The notes under the pieces were generated by a model. The model saw only the letters and a program-made list of their open reading frames with translations. It was not told where the DNA came from and did no database searches. Position numbers and translations under genes: made by a program. Shown here one piece after another: positions 50,752 through 60,400 of a stretch of DNA of 64,000 nucleotides (positions are counted from its first letter, which is position 1; the number at the start of each line of letters is the position of its first letter). Source of the stretch: a bacterium (GTDB lineage: Bacteria; UBA8248); assembly GCA_965207065.1 (NCBI GenBank), contig OZ242260.1, positions 1,344,001-1,408,000 on the forward strand. Reading direction: 5' to 3'.

Positions 50752-52236
50752 TCAGGTCTTTTTCCCCTTGCGTCCTCTGCGGAAGATGCCGTCATAGAAG
50801 GTGAACACGGAGACGATCATCAACAGGGTGCCGATGGGGCTCGTGAGGAAATACCAGAACGGCTTGTTCTCGAAGGTGATCAGCGCGCGGCGCAGATTCT
50901 CGTCCGCCAGTGATCCCAGGATGACGGCCAGAACCATGGGCGCCAGCGGAAGGCCGAGGCTCCTGAGCGCGTAGCCGACGAAGCCTGAGGCCAGCATCAC
51001 GTAGACGTCGAACATGCTCAGGCGCACCGCGTACGCCCCCAGGATGCAGATGGGGATGATGATGGGCATCAACAGGGTGCGCGGCAGGCTGTAGAGCTTG
51101 ACCGCCGGCTTCACCAGCAGGAGGCCAAACACGTACATCAGGAAGTTCGCCACGATGAGCGCCCCGTAGATGAAATAGACGAGGCCCGGGTTTTCGATGT
51201 TGATGGTCGGGCCCATTATCACGTGCTTGAGTTCCAGGGCCGCCATAAAGGCGGCGGCGGGCGGGCTGCCCGGAATCCCCAGCGTGAGCGTGGGGAGGAT
51301 GGTGCCGCCGATGCACGCGTTGTTCGCCACCTCCCCGCAAACGATGCCCTCGTAGCTCCCCTTGCCGAATTTTTCCCTCTCCTCCGGGCTGGCGCGGCGC
51401 TTGCCCACGTCGTAGGCGACGAAGGCGGCGATGTTCCCGCCCGCGCCGGGAATGGCGCCTATCACCGTGCCGATGATGCCCGAGCGCACCGAGGAGCGCG
51501 CGTAGCGCCACAGCATGGAGAAGGGGGGAATCACCCGGCCGACCTTCTCGGGGATCGCGGATGGTTCTTTCTGGGGCAGCACCCAGAGCACCTCGGTCAG
51601 GCCGAAAAAGCCGATGATGACCGGAATGTAGCTGATTCCGTCTTCGAGGAGCACGCTCCCGAACGTGAAGCGCGGAACGCCATATATGTTGTCGAGTCCG
51701 ACGAAAGCGATGAGAAGCCCCAGCCAGCCGGATATCCAACCCTTGATGGGCGCCTCGCCCGAGGTGAGCGTCCCGCAGATGGCGATCCCCCAAAGCGCCA
51801 GGAGGAACATCTCCCACGAGCGGAACTGCAGGGCGATGAGCAGGATGAGGGGGATGAACACCACCAGAATCAGGATGCCCACCCAGTTGCCGAGAAAAGA
51901 GGCCACCAGCGCGGTGCCGAGCGCCAGCCCGCCCTCGCCTCTTTGGGCGAGCGGGTGGCCCTCGATCATGGTGGGAACGGCCGCGGGCGTGCCGGGAATG
52001 TTGATGAGCACGGCGGTGATCGAACCGCCGAAGACGCTCGCCGTATAAACGCCCAGCAGGAACATGATGGCCACGTCCTGGCTCATCTGGGTGGAGAGGC
52101 CGATGAGCAGCACCATGGACATGGTCGTCGAGATGCCCGGCATCGACCCCCAGAGCAGTCCCAGTACGGTGCCCAGGATGCAGAAGAACACCAGATACGG
52201 GTTTAAGGCGTGGATGAGTTGATCGATGAAAAACAC
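50752..52236 (-). CDS. tctA: Tripartite tricarboxylate transporter large permease
   Basis: GSMPGI, NIPGTP, EVANNA and TLGIPGS motifs. Confidence 0.93.
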   Translation of the reverse strand: MFFIDQLIHALNPYLVFFCILGTVLGLLWGSMPGISTTMSMVLLIGLSTQMSQDVAIMFLLGVYTASVFGGSITAVLINIPGTPAAVPTMIEGHPLAQRGEGGLALGTALVASFLGNWVGILILVVFIPLILLIALQFRSWEMFLLALWGIAICGTLTSGEAPIKGWISGWLGLLIAFVGLDNIYGVPRFTFGSVLLEDGISYIPVIIGFFGLTEVLWVLPQKEPSAIPEKVGRVIPPFSMLWRYARSSVRSGIIGTVIGAIPGAGGNIAAFVAYDVGKRRASPEEREKFGKGSYEGIVCGEVANNACIGGTILPTLTLGIPGSPPAAAFMAALELKHVIMGPTINIENPGLVYFIYGALIVANFLMYVFGLLLVKPAVKLYSLPRTLLMPIIIPICILGAYAVRLSMFDVYVMLASGFVGYALRSLGLPLAPMVLAVILGSLADENLRRALITFENKPFWYFLTSPIGTLLMIVSVFTFYDGIFRRGRKGKKT

Positions 52237-52239
52237 GGC

Positions 52240-52872
52240 CTACCCCGAACCCGGCAGCGGAATGCGGAAGCCGTAGCGGAACGCGGCGGCCAGAACGAGC
52301 GTCGAAATCGCGGATACGATAAGGCACTGCGTAAAGGACTTCGGCCAGAAGATGCGCAGCACGATCGCCAGCATTGGAATGGTCACGGCCTCGAAGCTGC
52401 TGAATCCGAGCCGAAAACCTCCAATCATCAACGGGATCGTAACGATGAACGTCACCCAGTCGAGGAGCACCACGTATACGACCACCAGGCCCATCAGGAT
52501 GAGCGCCCACTGGTTCTCGTAGTCGGCGAAATACCTCCCCAGCAATTCTGCCGGGGAGAGGTTCAGCTCCGACCCGCCGCCGCGCTTGAACGCGCCGAAT
52601 CCCAAACCGATGGACATGGCCAGCAGGCTCAAGCCCGTGAGGATGGGCATGAAGCCGGGAGCGGTGAAGATGTTGTTCTCGGGATTGGGCATGAACAGCC
52701 CGAGGATAATAGCGAGAATCGCGACAACGGCCACAAGGGTCGCCATCGCCAGGTCCCTGCCTGGAGTGACGACGTCTCCCCCTTCCTCGGAAAGTAGATT
52801 CGAGGCGGCGGTGTCTTCGGGTTCATCCGCGGGCGGATGCGTCTTGCGATCATCGTCGTTCGAGGAAACCAT
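52240..52872 (-). CDS. tctB: Tripartite tricarboxylate transporter small permease (TctB-like)
   Basis: Multiple TM segments with APGFMP and FRIPLP; lies between tctC and tctA. Confidence 0.75.
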   Translation of the reverse strand: MVSSNDDDRKTHPPADEPEDTAASNLLSEEGGDVVTPGRDLAMATLVAVVAILAIILGLFMPNPENNIFTAPGFMPILTGLSLLAMSIGLGFGAFKRGGGSELNLSPAELLGRYFADYENQWALILMGLVVVYVVLLDWVTFIVTIPLMIGGFRLGFSSFEAVTIPMLAIVLRIFWPKSFTQCLIVSAISTLVLAAAFRYGFRIPLPGSG

Positions 52873-52910
52873 GCAACTCTCTCGGCATAGAACAAAATCA
52901 ATGAATACGG

Positions 52911-52959
52911 CCTCCCCGAGCGGGCCGCCTCATCTCCAAGGCGGCCCGCTCGGGGCAGG
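52911..52959 (-). terminator. Strong stem-loop after tctC
   Basis: CCCCGAGCGGGCCGCCT...AGGCGGCCCGCTCGGGG perfect 17-bp stem. Confidence 0.65.
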
Positions 52960-52982
52960 CATTGCGCGATGAGCCGTCTAGC

Positions 52983-54128
52983 TCATATGCGAGGCTTGTA
53001 GCCCTTCGGCGGCCACCAGGCGTCGAAATCCTTCGGTTCGGGAAGCCCGAGTTCCTTGGGTCCGCGCACCTTTTTGCCGATGTGCTTCTGCAGCTTGAGC
53101 AGCGTCGCAGCGCTCAGGCACTCGAGCTGCGCGGCCCGGCGATCGGCTGCCTCCCCCACGCGGACGTCGATCTGGAAGTACTTGCGCGTGGCGATTTTTC
53201 CGAAGGCCTCGGACTTCGCAGCCGCGGTCCAGACCGGCTTGATCTTGTTGAGCACGTCGACGGGCGTCTCCCGCCTCAGGGCGATGCTGTACATCCCGCC
53301 CATCGGTAACAGGGCCTTGAGCGCGGGTATGAAGTTGGCGATGTTGTAAGCCTTGCCGTAACCCGGGATCTCCAGATCCTTCGGACCCGTGTGCATGAGG
53401 TTTCTCAGTTTGCCTGCCCGCAGGAACTCGACGTGCTCGTGCACGCCGCCGCCTGCGATGTCCACCTCGCCCTGAAGACCCGCGACGGTCGCCGGTTTTC
53501 CGCCCTTGTAGGGCACGAAGCGCAATTCGATGCCCGCTGCGTCCGCGACGGTGGCGCCCACCTCGTGCCAGATGCTGCCCACGCCCGAAGTCGAGATAGT
53601 GAGCTTGCCGGATTTCTTTTTGGCAGCGGCGACCACGTCATTGAAGGTCTTGAAGGGAGAGTCGGGCCGCACCGACCAGCTCGCGAGCGAAGCCGCCGCC
53701 GCGAAGTGCTGCCAGTCCACCCACGCCGCCGAATCCGTGTATCCCATCGGCCTGACGAACTTGTTGTAGTTCCCGGCGCCCAGCCAGGTGTAGCCGTCAG
53801 CCGCCTTGTTGAGCACGTAGCGCGTGGCCACGCCTCCCACGGACCCCGGGCGGTTGATGACATTGACGGGCCAGCCGGTGGTGCGGGCCATCTCGCCGCA
53901 CAGGGTGCGGATGACGGTGTCCGTACCGCCGCCGGCGGCGTACATCACCACCCCCGTGATGGGGCGCGCGGGCCATTTCGCGGCGTCCGCCTTTCTGGAC
54001 GTGAACACCATGGGCGCCACGGCTGCGGCGCCGGCGACCCCAAGGGTCCGGATGAAGCTCCTGCGCGTAAGATCGGATGATTCGGGAATGATGATTTGGG
54101 GATGCTCATGAGACTCCTGCTTGGACAT
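52983..54128 (-). CDS. tctC: Tripartite tricarboxylate transporter substrate-binding protein with Tat signal
   Basis: TRRSFI twin-arginine motif; WPARPI..AAGGGTD and VPYKGG motifs. Confidence 0.9.
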   Translation of the reverse strand: MSKQESHEHPQIIIPESSDLTRRSFIRTLGVAGAAAVAPMVFTSRKADAAKWPARPITGVVMYAAGGGTDTVIRTLCGEMARTTGWPVNVINRPGSVGGVATRYVLNKAADGYTWLGAGNYNKFVRPMGYTDSAAWVDWQHFAAAASLASWSVRPDSPFKTFNDVVAAAKKKSGKLTISTSGVGSIWHEVGATVADAAGIELRFVPYKGGKPATVAGLQGEVDIAGGGVHEHVEFLRAGKLRNLMHTGPKDLEIPGYGKAYNIANFIPALKALLPMGGMYSIALRRETPVDVLNKIKPVWTAAAKSEAFGKIATRKYFQIDVRVGEAADRRAAQLECLSAATLLKLQKHIGKKVRGPKELGLPEPKDFDAWWPPKGYKPRI

Positions 54129-54472
54129 GATGCTCTCCTCTTGTAGAAAAAAAACGACCGCTCCAGAGTAAACGGCGGCCAACCACAAACCCGTCTGGCG
54201 TTCGTTCCATCCAGAATCTCTTCATACATTTTTTCGACTGAATACGATCCTAGCACGAAATACGGATGACGCCAAATTTTCATTGGAGACTCCCCCAAAG
54301 CCCGCCTTTCGCACGCGGAGGTTTCGTGTAGAATCGCGTCATTCGGAGAAACAGTACAGGGCCGCTCATCCAATCGTAACGCGCACAACACCTAATCGTA
54401 ATCCGGGTGTGATAAAATGCCGGGAATGCGAAAATCAGATGAATTCCATCTCACCAGAAGGAAGCGTAAACC

Positions 54473-55501
54473 ATGAGACTAGGCGTATTGACGGGGGGCG
54501 GGGACTGCCCCGGCCTGAACGCGGTCATCCGCGCGGTGACTGCTTCGAATTTTCATCGCGGGAGCCATACGCTGGGTATCCGCCGGGGCTGGCGCGGCCT
54601 GGTGGAAGGAGATTTTGTCGAAATCACGGGCCCGATGATCTCCGGCATCCTCGACAAGGGGGGGACCATTCTGGGTTCCTCGAGGACGAACCCCACCAAA
54701 GACCCGGCCATGCTCGAGAAGCTCCAGGAAAACTGGCGCGCCTCGCGCATCGACGGTCTCATCGCCATCGGGGGGGATGACACGCTGAGCGTCGCCGCCT
54801 ATCTGAGTAAAGAAGGCATGAACGTCATCAGTGTGCCCAAGACCATCGACAACGACATCGGCTTCACGGACTACTCGTTCGGCTTCCACACAGCCGTCGG
54901 CGTCATCACCGACGCCATCGACCGCCTGCGCACCACGGCGGAGGCGCACGACCGCGTCATCATCCTCGAAGTCATGGGACGCCACTCGGGATGGCTCGCC
55001 ACCTATGCGGGCATCGCCGGCGGTGCGGACCTCATCCTCGTGCCCGAGCGGCCCTTCAACATCGAAGAGGTCGTCGAGGTGCTCAAGGCGCGCTTCGCGC
55101 GCGGGCGCAACTTCGCCAACGTGGTCGTTGCCGAGGGCGCAAAGCCCGAGGGAATCGAGAACTACATCACGCGCAGCCAGGAGGTGGATGAGTTCGGGCA
55201 CGTGCAACTCGGCGGCGTCGGCGAATACCTCGCACAGGAAATCGGGGACCGCATGAACGTGGATACGCGCGCCGTCATCCTCGGGCACATCCAGCGCGGG
55301 GGTTCTCCCGTACCCTACGACAGGGTGCTGGCGACGCGCCTGGGCGTACGGGCGAGCGAACTCGCGCACGAGGGAACCTGGGGCGTGATGGCGGCGCTGC
55401 AGGGGCGCGACATCAATCCGGTGCCTTTAGAAGACGTCCTCGGCAAGGTGAACACCCTCCGGGAGGACTTCTTCGACGCCGCGGAGCTGTTCTTCGGCTA
55501 G
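54473..55501 (+). CDS. pfkA: 6-phosphofructokinase
   Basis: GGDCPGLN, GGTILGSSR, GGDDT, PKTIDND, EVMGR and LGHIQRGG motifs. Confidence 0.96.
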   Translation: MRLGVLTGGGDCPGLNAVIRAVTASNFHRGSHTLGIRRGWRGLVEGDFVEITGPMISGILDKGGTILGSSRTNPTKDPAMLEKLQENWRASRIDGLIAIGGDDTLSVAAYLSKEGMNVISVPKTIDNDIGFTDYSFGFHTAVGVITDAIDRLRTTAEAHDRVIILEVMGRHSGWLATYAGIAGGADLILVPERPFNIEEVVEVLKARFARGRNFANVVVAEGAKPEGIENYITRSQEVDEFGHVQLGGVGEYLAQEIGDRMNVDTRAVILGHIQRGGSPVPYDRVLATRLGVRASELAHEGTWGVMAALQGRDINPVPLEDVLGKVNTLREDFFDAAELFFG

Positions 55502-55662
55502 CCGACCGGGCATCTTCGCGCAGTTGCCGTCGTGGCGTTTCGCCCGGACCCCGCATGCTCGGCAACCCATTCATTCGGAATCCGGAACAGACGCATTTCT
55601 CATCCGCCCCGATTCCGGCAACCGAATGAGTGACCGCAAACGGAGCGAAACGCCCATCCCCG

Positions 55663-55737
55663 CTTCAATCCTCCACGCGCGCCCCGGTGTCCCCGTCGAA
55701 CAGATGCGCGTTGTCCATGTCGAAAAACACCCGGATG
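55663..55737 (-). repeat. Direct-repeat copy of the 3' end of the ABC ATPase gene (59006-59080)
   Basis: 69/75 identical by manual count; encodes IRVFFDMDNAHLFDGDTGARVED-stop. Confidence 0.9.
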
Positions 55738-56305
55738 CGCTGCTCGGCGTATTCGAGGTAGCGAACAATGGCGGTTTGTTCCGGGAGGGGGGCAATATTA
55801 TGCACTTAAGTTGGGTTCCGTAAATGCGCATGACCGTGATGCCTCACCCCATAGTTGCTTTTTGGGCCGCGACCGGACGACAATCCGTTGCATAACCCAA
55901 ATATCGCGCATTGTGCTGATATTTCGGTCGAAGCAAGATAATATCGTCTCCACAGCAAGCGTCGGTTTGCATCAGATTGACCGCAGATTTTCCTATTTCA
56001 TCAATCGTCTCGCCCGATGCAGCAAAAAGAACACCACCAAACTTGATGGGTGTGTAGCCATCGGCTTTCGCTTTTGAGACGAACGATCAACTCTTGAAAA
56101 TGAAGTATGTGCGCATCGTATAGAGGTCTCCATAACGGACGCAAGGAGCCCCCAACGGCACTTCATCTTCCTTATTACCGCCGTTGGTTTTTGAAAGTCT
56201 TCCGATTTGGCATAGTCGACGAACCGCCCAATGCGCCGGCACATCCCCCAACCACGATACCCCGGAGGGTTTGTACATAGAATAGGACTTAAAGTTGGTA
56301 TTTAT
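55735..56305 (-). pseudogene. hsdS: Type I restriction specificity subunit (hsdS) 5' half, disrupted
   Basis: YKPSGVSWLGDVPAHWAVRRL N-terminus and PEQTAIVRYLEYAEQRIR helix. The start after GGAGG is ATA, there are stops at 56087 and 55844, and a frameshift near 55790. Confidence 0.88.
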
Positions 56306-56375
56306 GACTTTCCTCCCACTGCTGATACTCCTTATGGGTAATCCCTTTTTCCATATGCATCCTCACCAATTTGTG

Positions 56376-57383
56376 TTATGGCTGGCCATCGCGGATGCTA
56401 TGAAACAATCGCTTAAGACGCACTCCAAGCTGTTTGGGTTGAATTAAGTCGTACTGCGGCTCGTCGAACCACGGGAACCCAACAGAGAGGAACAAAGCTG
56501 TCTTGACTGTCTCTGGGAGTTTCAGTTCGCCGAGAAATTCATCCAATTTTTTGGACATCTCGTCAATGACACCCCGTACGAACTCTTCAAAAGCCCTGGC
56601 TCGGGCAGCCATACCCTCTCGATTGTGCAGTTCTCCATTGATAGTTGCCTCATAAGCGAAAGGATCGCTACCATAACCCCCGTAGAGAGAGGTATGCCGG
56701 GACTCGGCAATCATCTCTAAGAATTCGTCCACTTTCTCTCGTAGAGAGAAAGGCTCTCCAATGGGAAGGGGATTCGCGGAATCCAATTCCTCCAGATACA
56801 AATTAAGCGGGGTTCGTGACTTGTAACGACCACGAAAAAAATGCTGGAATAGGTCCTGAAAACATTGAAGCAGATGAGGGTCGGCATCAAGCAATATCGG
56901 ACGCAACTCTTTCCATCGACTCAGATGCGTGCGCTTTCTCTTTTCGAATATCCAGCTATTGTGGCGTGTCAAACAGCCTATGATAGTGAGCGGTACAGCT
57001 GCGCTCGAGGAGTCCTCGTGAGCCTGCTGGTTGACCCAAACTCGACCAGACAACGCCAACAGGCTTTCAACAACATGATAAGCGGCCGTGTAGAGACTAA
57101 CGACCGTTGGGCCATACAGGTCATCACTAAGCGTTCGCTGTCCGGCAACAAGGAAGTTCGTACTTAACTCCAACCCGCGCAGCGCAGAGCGTAAAGCATA
57201 GAAACCGAAATAATCTGCTTGAGCACACACAATTTGCCCATCGATTTTATCGAAAGAAGGCAAGAAATTGAGTTCACCGGAATTTAACGAGAAACTCAGC
57301 CCCCGCTGACTGATGATGTTCAGCGATTTTCTGATATTCGAAATGATTAGGTCGTTCAACATGACCAAGTCCACCTTGATCAA
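56376..57383 (-). CDS. Hypothetical protein, possible HEPN-like domain
   Basis: Intact 335-aa ORF of visibly lower GC. SLYTAAYHVVESLLALSG and ESRHTSLY resemble the HEPN N-terminal helix and Rx4(H/Y) motif. Confidence 0.6.
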   Translation of the reverse strand: MIKVDLVMLNDLIISNIRKSLNIISQRGLSFSLNSGELNFLPSFDKIDGQIVCAQADYFGFYALRSALRGLELSTNFLVAGQRTLSDDLYGPTVVSLYTAAYHVVESLLALSGRVWVNQQAHEDSSSAAVPLTIIGCLTRHNSWIFEKRKRTHLSRWKELRPILLDADPHLLQCFQDLFQHFFRGRYKSRTPLNLYLEELDSANPLPIGEPFSLREKVDEFLEMIAESRHTSLYGGYGSDPFAYEATINGELHNREGMAARARAFEEFVRGVIDEMSKKLDEFLGELKLPETVKTALFLSVGFPWFDEPQYDLIQPKQLGVRLKRLFHSIRDGQP

Positions 57384-57404
57384 AACGGGATGTTCTAAGG
57401 TGTG

Positions 57405-57530
57405 TCACCTTGAGGATTCCAAGTGAGCATCAGTTTTCCCAATACCAATAATGCTGGAGATTAATCCCTCTGTCTCATGCTCCACCGCCAGAATGCCCTC
57501 CCGAATCTCCTCCGGCGTTCACATCGGCTT
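57405..57530 (-). pseudogene. hsdM: Remnant of type I methyltransferase (hsdM) 3' end, copy 2
   Basis: Translates KPM*TPEEIREGILAVEHETEGLISSIIG, like the HsdM C-terminal (P)RxLEEIRADIxALExETEGLL helix. Confidence 0.7.
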
Positions 57531-57565
57531 GATTTTCCACTCTTCGCAAGATTCGAAGCAGGCGA

Positions 57566-58747
57566 TCATATGACAGGCTCCGACTCGTTATCGTGGAACA
57601 GATCGATGTAGTTCTGATACCGGAACCTCCGGTGGCGTGTCCGGCCTGTGAATTCATGCAGGATGCCGCAAGCGGCCATCCGGGCGACCAGATTGTTCGC
57701 CGCCGTGTAAGTGGTTCCGGTCAGTTCTTGCACGTCGCTAACCGATACGATCGGGTATTCATAGATATGATCCAGCACCCGGTGGCCGTTGGCGGCGGCG
57801 CGGCCGAAGCCCTCGGTGATAATGTGGCGGTGTTCTTCGCGAAGAGATAGTATCCGCCTCGCCGTATCGGTCGCCTGTCCGCTCACCTCCACGACTCCGC
57901 GCAGGAAAAAGGCGAGCCACCGCTCCCACGTCCCGCTGTCGCGCACCGATTGCAGTTCGTCGTAATACTGCTGCCGGTGCTGATTGAAGAACCAGGACAG
58001 GTAGAGAACCGGTTTCTGCAACACCCCCTGCTCGCATAGCAGAAAGGTGATGAGCAGCCGCCCCACGCGGCCATTGCCATCCAGGAAAGGGTGAATCGTC
58101 TCGAACTGGGCATGGGCGAGTCCGATTTTGACCAGTAAAGGCAACTCCGTATCGGCGTGGATGAATCGCTCCAATCGCGACATGTCCTCCGCGACTTGCT
58201 GGGGTGGAGGCGGAACGAAGAGGGCCTCATGAAGCGTGCAGCCGGCGGGCCCGATCCAGTTCTGGCTGCTCCGCAACTCCCCGGGCATGAGATGAGAACC
58301 CCGCCTGCCTTGGAGAAGTTCGGCGTGAATTTCGCGGATCAGCTGGATCGAAACCGGTATTTCAGGGAGTCTTTTCAGGCCGTGGTTCATGGCCGCGACA
58401 TAGTTCAACACTTCACCTACGTCGCTCGCTCGATTCGGAGCGAATATCTTCGCTTCGGCAGCCAGCAGGTCCTGCAGCGAACTCTGCGTCCCCTCAATCT
58501 GGCTCGACAGCACGGCCTCCTTACGGACGTACATGAGAACGAACAAGTCCGGATGGGGCAGGGTCTGTATCGACCCGTCGAGACGGCCCAGGGCGCGGTC
58601 GGCCTGGGAGAGCAGCACCTGCAACTCTCCGGTAATCTCGACGGGCGGATCGGGCGGTAAGGGCGCCGGAATGAAGGCCCGGTACCCGCCCAACTGTCGA
58701 ATGTACGACCCTGCGCGGGCGGTATGCTCGTTTAAGCGCTCGGTCAT
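57566..58747 (-). CDS. Fic family protein (class II) with C-terminal winged helix
   Basis: AFIPAPLPP, SSQIEGT and HPFLDGNGRVGR motifs. Confidence 0.95.
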   Translation of the reverse strand: MTERLNEHTARAGSYIRQLGGYRAFIPAPLPPDPPVEITGELQVLLSQADRALGRLDGSIQTLPHPDLFVLMYVRKEAVLSSQIEGTQSSLQDLLAAEAKIFAPNRASDVGEVLNYVAAMNHGLKRLPEIPVSIQLIREIHAELLQGRRGSHLMPGELRSSQNWIGPAGCTLHEALFVPPPPQQVAEDMSRLERFIHADTELPLLVKIGLAHAQFETIHPFLDGNGRVGRLLITFLLCEQGVLQKPVLYLSWFFNQHRQQYYDELQSVRDSGTWERWLAFFLRGVVEVSGQATDTARRILSLREEHRHIITEGFGRAAANGHRVLDHIYEYPIVSVSDVQELTGTTYTAANNLVARMAACGILHEFTGRTRHRRFRYQNYIDLFHDNESEPVI

Positions 58748-58941
58748 ATTCCTCTTTCGTTAAATATAGAAGCAAAACAAGTCCATATTGCACGTAGGCT
58801 TCAATATATGGACGCTTAACTGCCTTATGCAAGCCTGATTATAATATAAATGTCTTGAGGGTTTATATTGAAAGCTGCGTTTAATATGGAGCCGGAGCCC
58901 GCTCTTATTGATGGCTGCCTTGAATAACGGGGTTCCCACCG

Positions 58942-59004
58942 CTACCCGCCGACGATCTCCCCCAGCAGCCCTTCCGTCTCTTCCTGCAGCGCCAGGATGT
59001 CGCC
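58942..59004 (-). pseudogene. hsdM: Remnant of type I methyltransferase (hsdM) 3' end, copy 1
   Basis: Translates GDILALQEETEGLLGEIVGG-stop, directly after the ABC ATPase stop codon. Confidence 0.72.
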
Positions 59005-59007
59005 CCT

Positions 59008-60084
59008 TCAACCCTCCACGCGCGCGCCGGTGTCGCCGTCGAACAGATGCGCGTTCTCCAAGTCGAAGAACACCCGGATGTGTTCTCCCACCCGGGCGCG
59101 GAAATGGCCTTCTTCCTTGACGGTGAGGACCTCTCCGCCCAGGTCCAGGGCGACGAAGGTGTCCGACCCCAAAGGCTCGACGAGCTCCACCCGGCCCTCG
59201 GCGGAGACGAGGCGCGCCCCGCCCTCGCGAAAGCCCATATGCTCGGGGCGGAAACCGAGGGTGTAGGCGTCTCCTTCCCGGCAGCCCTCCGGCAGGGGGA
59301 AGCGCAGGGCGCCCGCATCGAGTTCAAGACGGCCCTCCGATTGGTGTGCGCGGCCCTCGATGAAGTTCATGGCCGGGCTCCCCAGAAACCCCGCCACGAA
59401 GCGGTTGACGGGGCGGTCGTAGAGTTCGATGGGCGGCCCCACCTGCAGGATTTTCCCCAGGTCCATGACGACGATGCGGTCGCCCATCGTCATCGCCTCG
59501 GTCTGGTCGTGGGTGACGTAGATGGAGGTCGTGCCCAGGCGGCGCTGGAGCTTGCGTATCTCGGCCCGGGCGGTGACGCGGAGCTTGGCGTCGAGGTTGC
59601 TGAGCGGCTCGTCGAAGAGAAAGGCGACCGGGTCGCGCACGATGGCCCGGCAGACCGCCACGCGCTGCCGCTGGCCGCCCGAGAGCTGGCGGGGCTTGCG
59701 GTGGAGGAGGTCTTCCAGCCCCATGAGGGCGGCGGCCTCCTTGACGCGGCGGTCGATGTCGCCCGCGGAAATCCGCCGGACGCGCAGGCCGAATGCCATG
59801 TTCTCGTAGACCGTCATGTGGGGGTAGAGGGCGTAGTTCTGGAACACCATGGCCATGTTGCGGTCCTTGGCGGGAATCTCGTTCACGCGCTCGCCCGAGA
59901 CGCGTATTTCGCCGTCGGTCGGAAACTCCAGCCCGGCCACCATGCGCAGCGTCGTCGTCTTCCCGCAGCCCGAAGGCCCCACCAGGACGAGGAACTCCCC
60001 CTCGGCGACTTCCAGGTCGATGCCGTCCACGGCGCGCACGCTGCCGAAGTGCTTGCTCAGGTTCTCGATACTGACGGTGCCCAA
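59008..60084 (-). CDS. Sugar ABC transporter ATP-binding protein (MalK/UgpC-like)
   Basis: GPSGCGKT, VFQNYALYPHMTV and LSGGQRQR motifs; TTG start after GGAGGA. Confidence 0.93.
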   Translation of the reverse strand: MGTVSIENLSKHFGSVRAVDGIDLEVAEGEFLVLVGPSGCGKTTTLRMVAGLEFPTDGEIRVSGERVNEIPAKDRNMAMVFQNYALYPHMTVYENMAFGLRVRRISAGDIDRRVKEAAALMGLEDLLHRKPRQLSGGQRQRVAVCRAIVRDPVAFLFDEPLSNLDAKLRVTARAEIRKLQRRLGTTSIYVTHDQTEAMTMGDRIVVMDLGKILQVGPPIELYDRPVNRFVAGFLGSPAMNFIEGRAHQSEGRLELDAGALRFPLPEGCREGDAYTLGFRPEHMGFREGGARLVSAEGRVELVEPLGSDTFVALDLGGEVLTVKEEGHFRARVGEHIRVFFDLENAHLFDGDTGARVEG

Positions 60085-60122
60085 GCCGGTTCCTCCATAG
60101 TCACGCGCCGCGCCCCGGACGC

Positions 60123-60390
60123 GGCCGTTGAAAAGCCCCTTGCGGGGGACATGGCTTTTACCCCCCTTGTCAGGGGATAAAGGCAACCCCCCCTACCCCC
60201 CCTTGTCAGGGGGGCAAGAAACAGCAAAACCCCCTCTGCCCGGGGGGCAAGAAAAAACAAAAGTCCCTCAACCGTCGACGGGCGCATCGCCTTTTTATAC
60301 CCCCCTGACAAGGGGGGGTAGGGGGGGTTGCTTTTCCGGTCGAGAGGGGCGTCCCCTCTAACCCCTGAAAAAGGGGCTTTCACAACCCCC
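60123..60390. repeat. MITE/REP-like palindromic element
   Basis: Imperfect terminal inverted repeats GGCCGTTGAAAAGCCCC / GGGGCTTTCACAACCCC. Internal arms GCAACCCCCCCTACCCCCCCTTGTCAGGGGGG and its reverse complement. Confidence 0.75.
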
Positions 60391-60400
60391 GACACACCCA

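Noticed and set aside
55844-57521. In-frame TGA codons in the hsdS and hsdM remnants as further selenocysteines
   Set aside because: They fall where Arg fits (KS*SF, MG*GI, PM*TP; CGA to TGA) and come with a lost start codon, a frameshift and truncation, so this is pseudogene decay.
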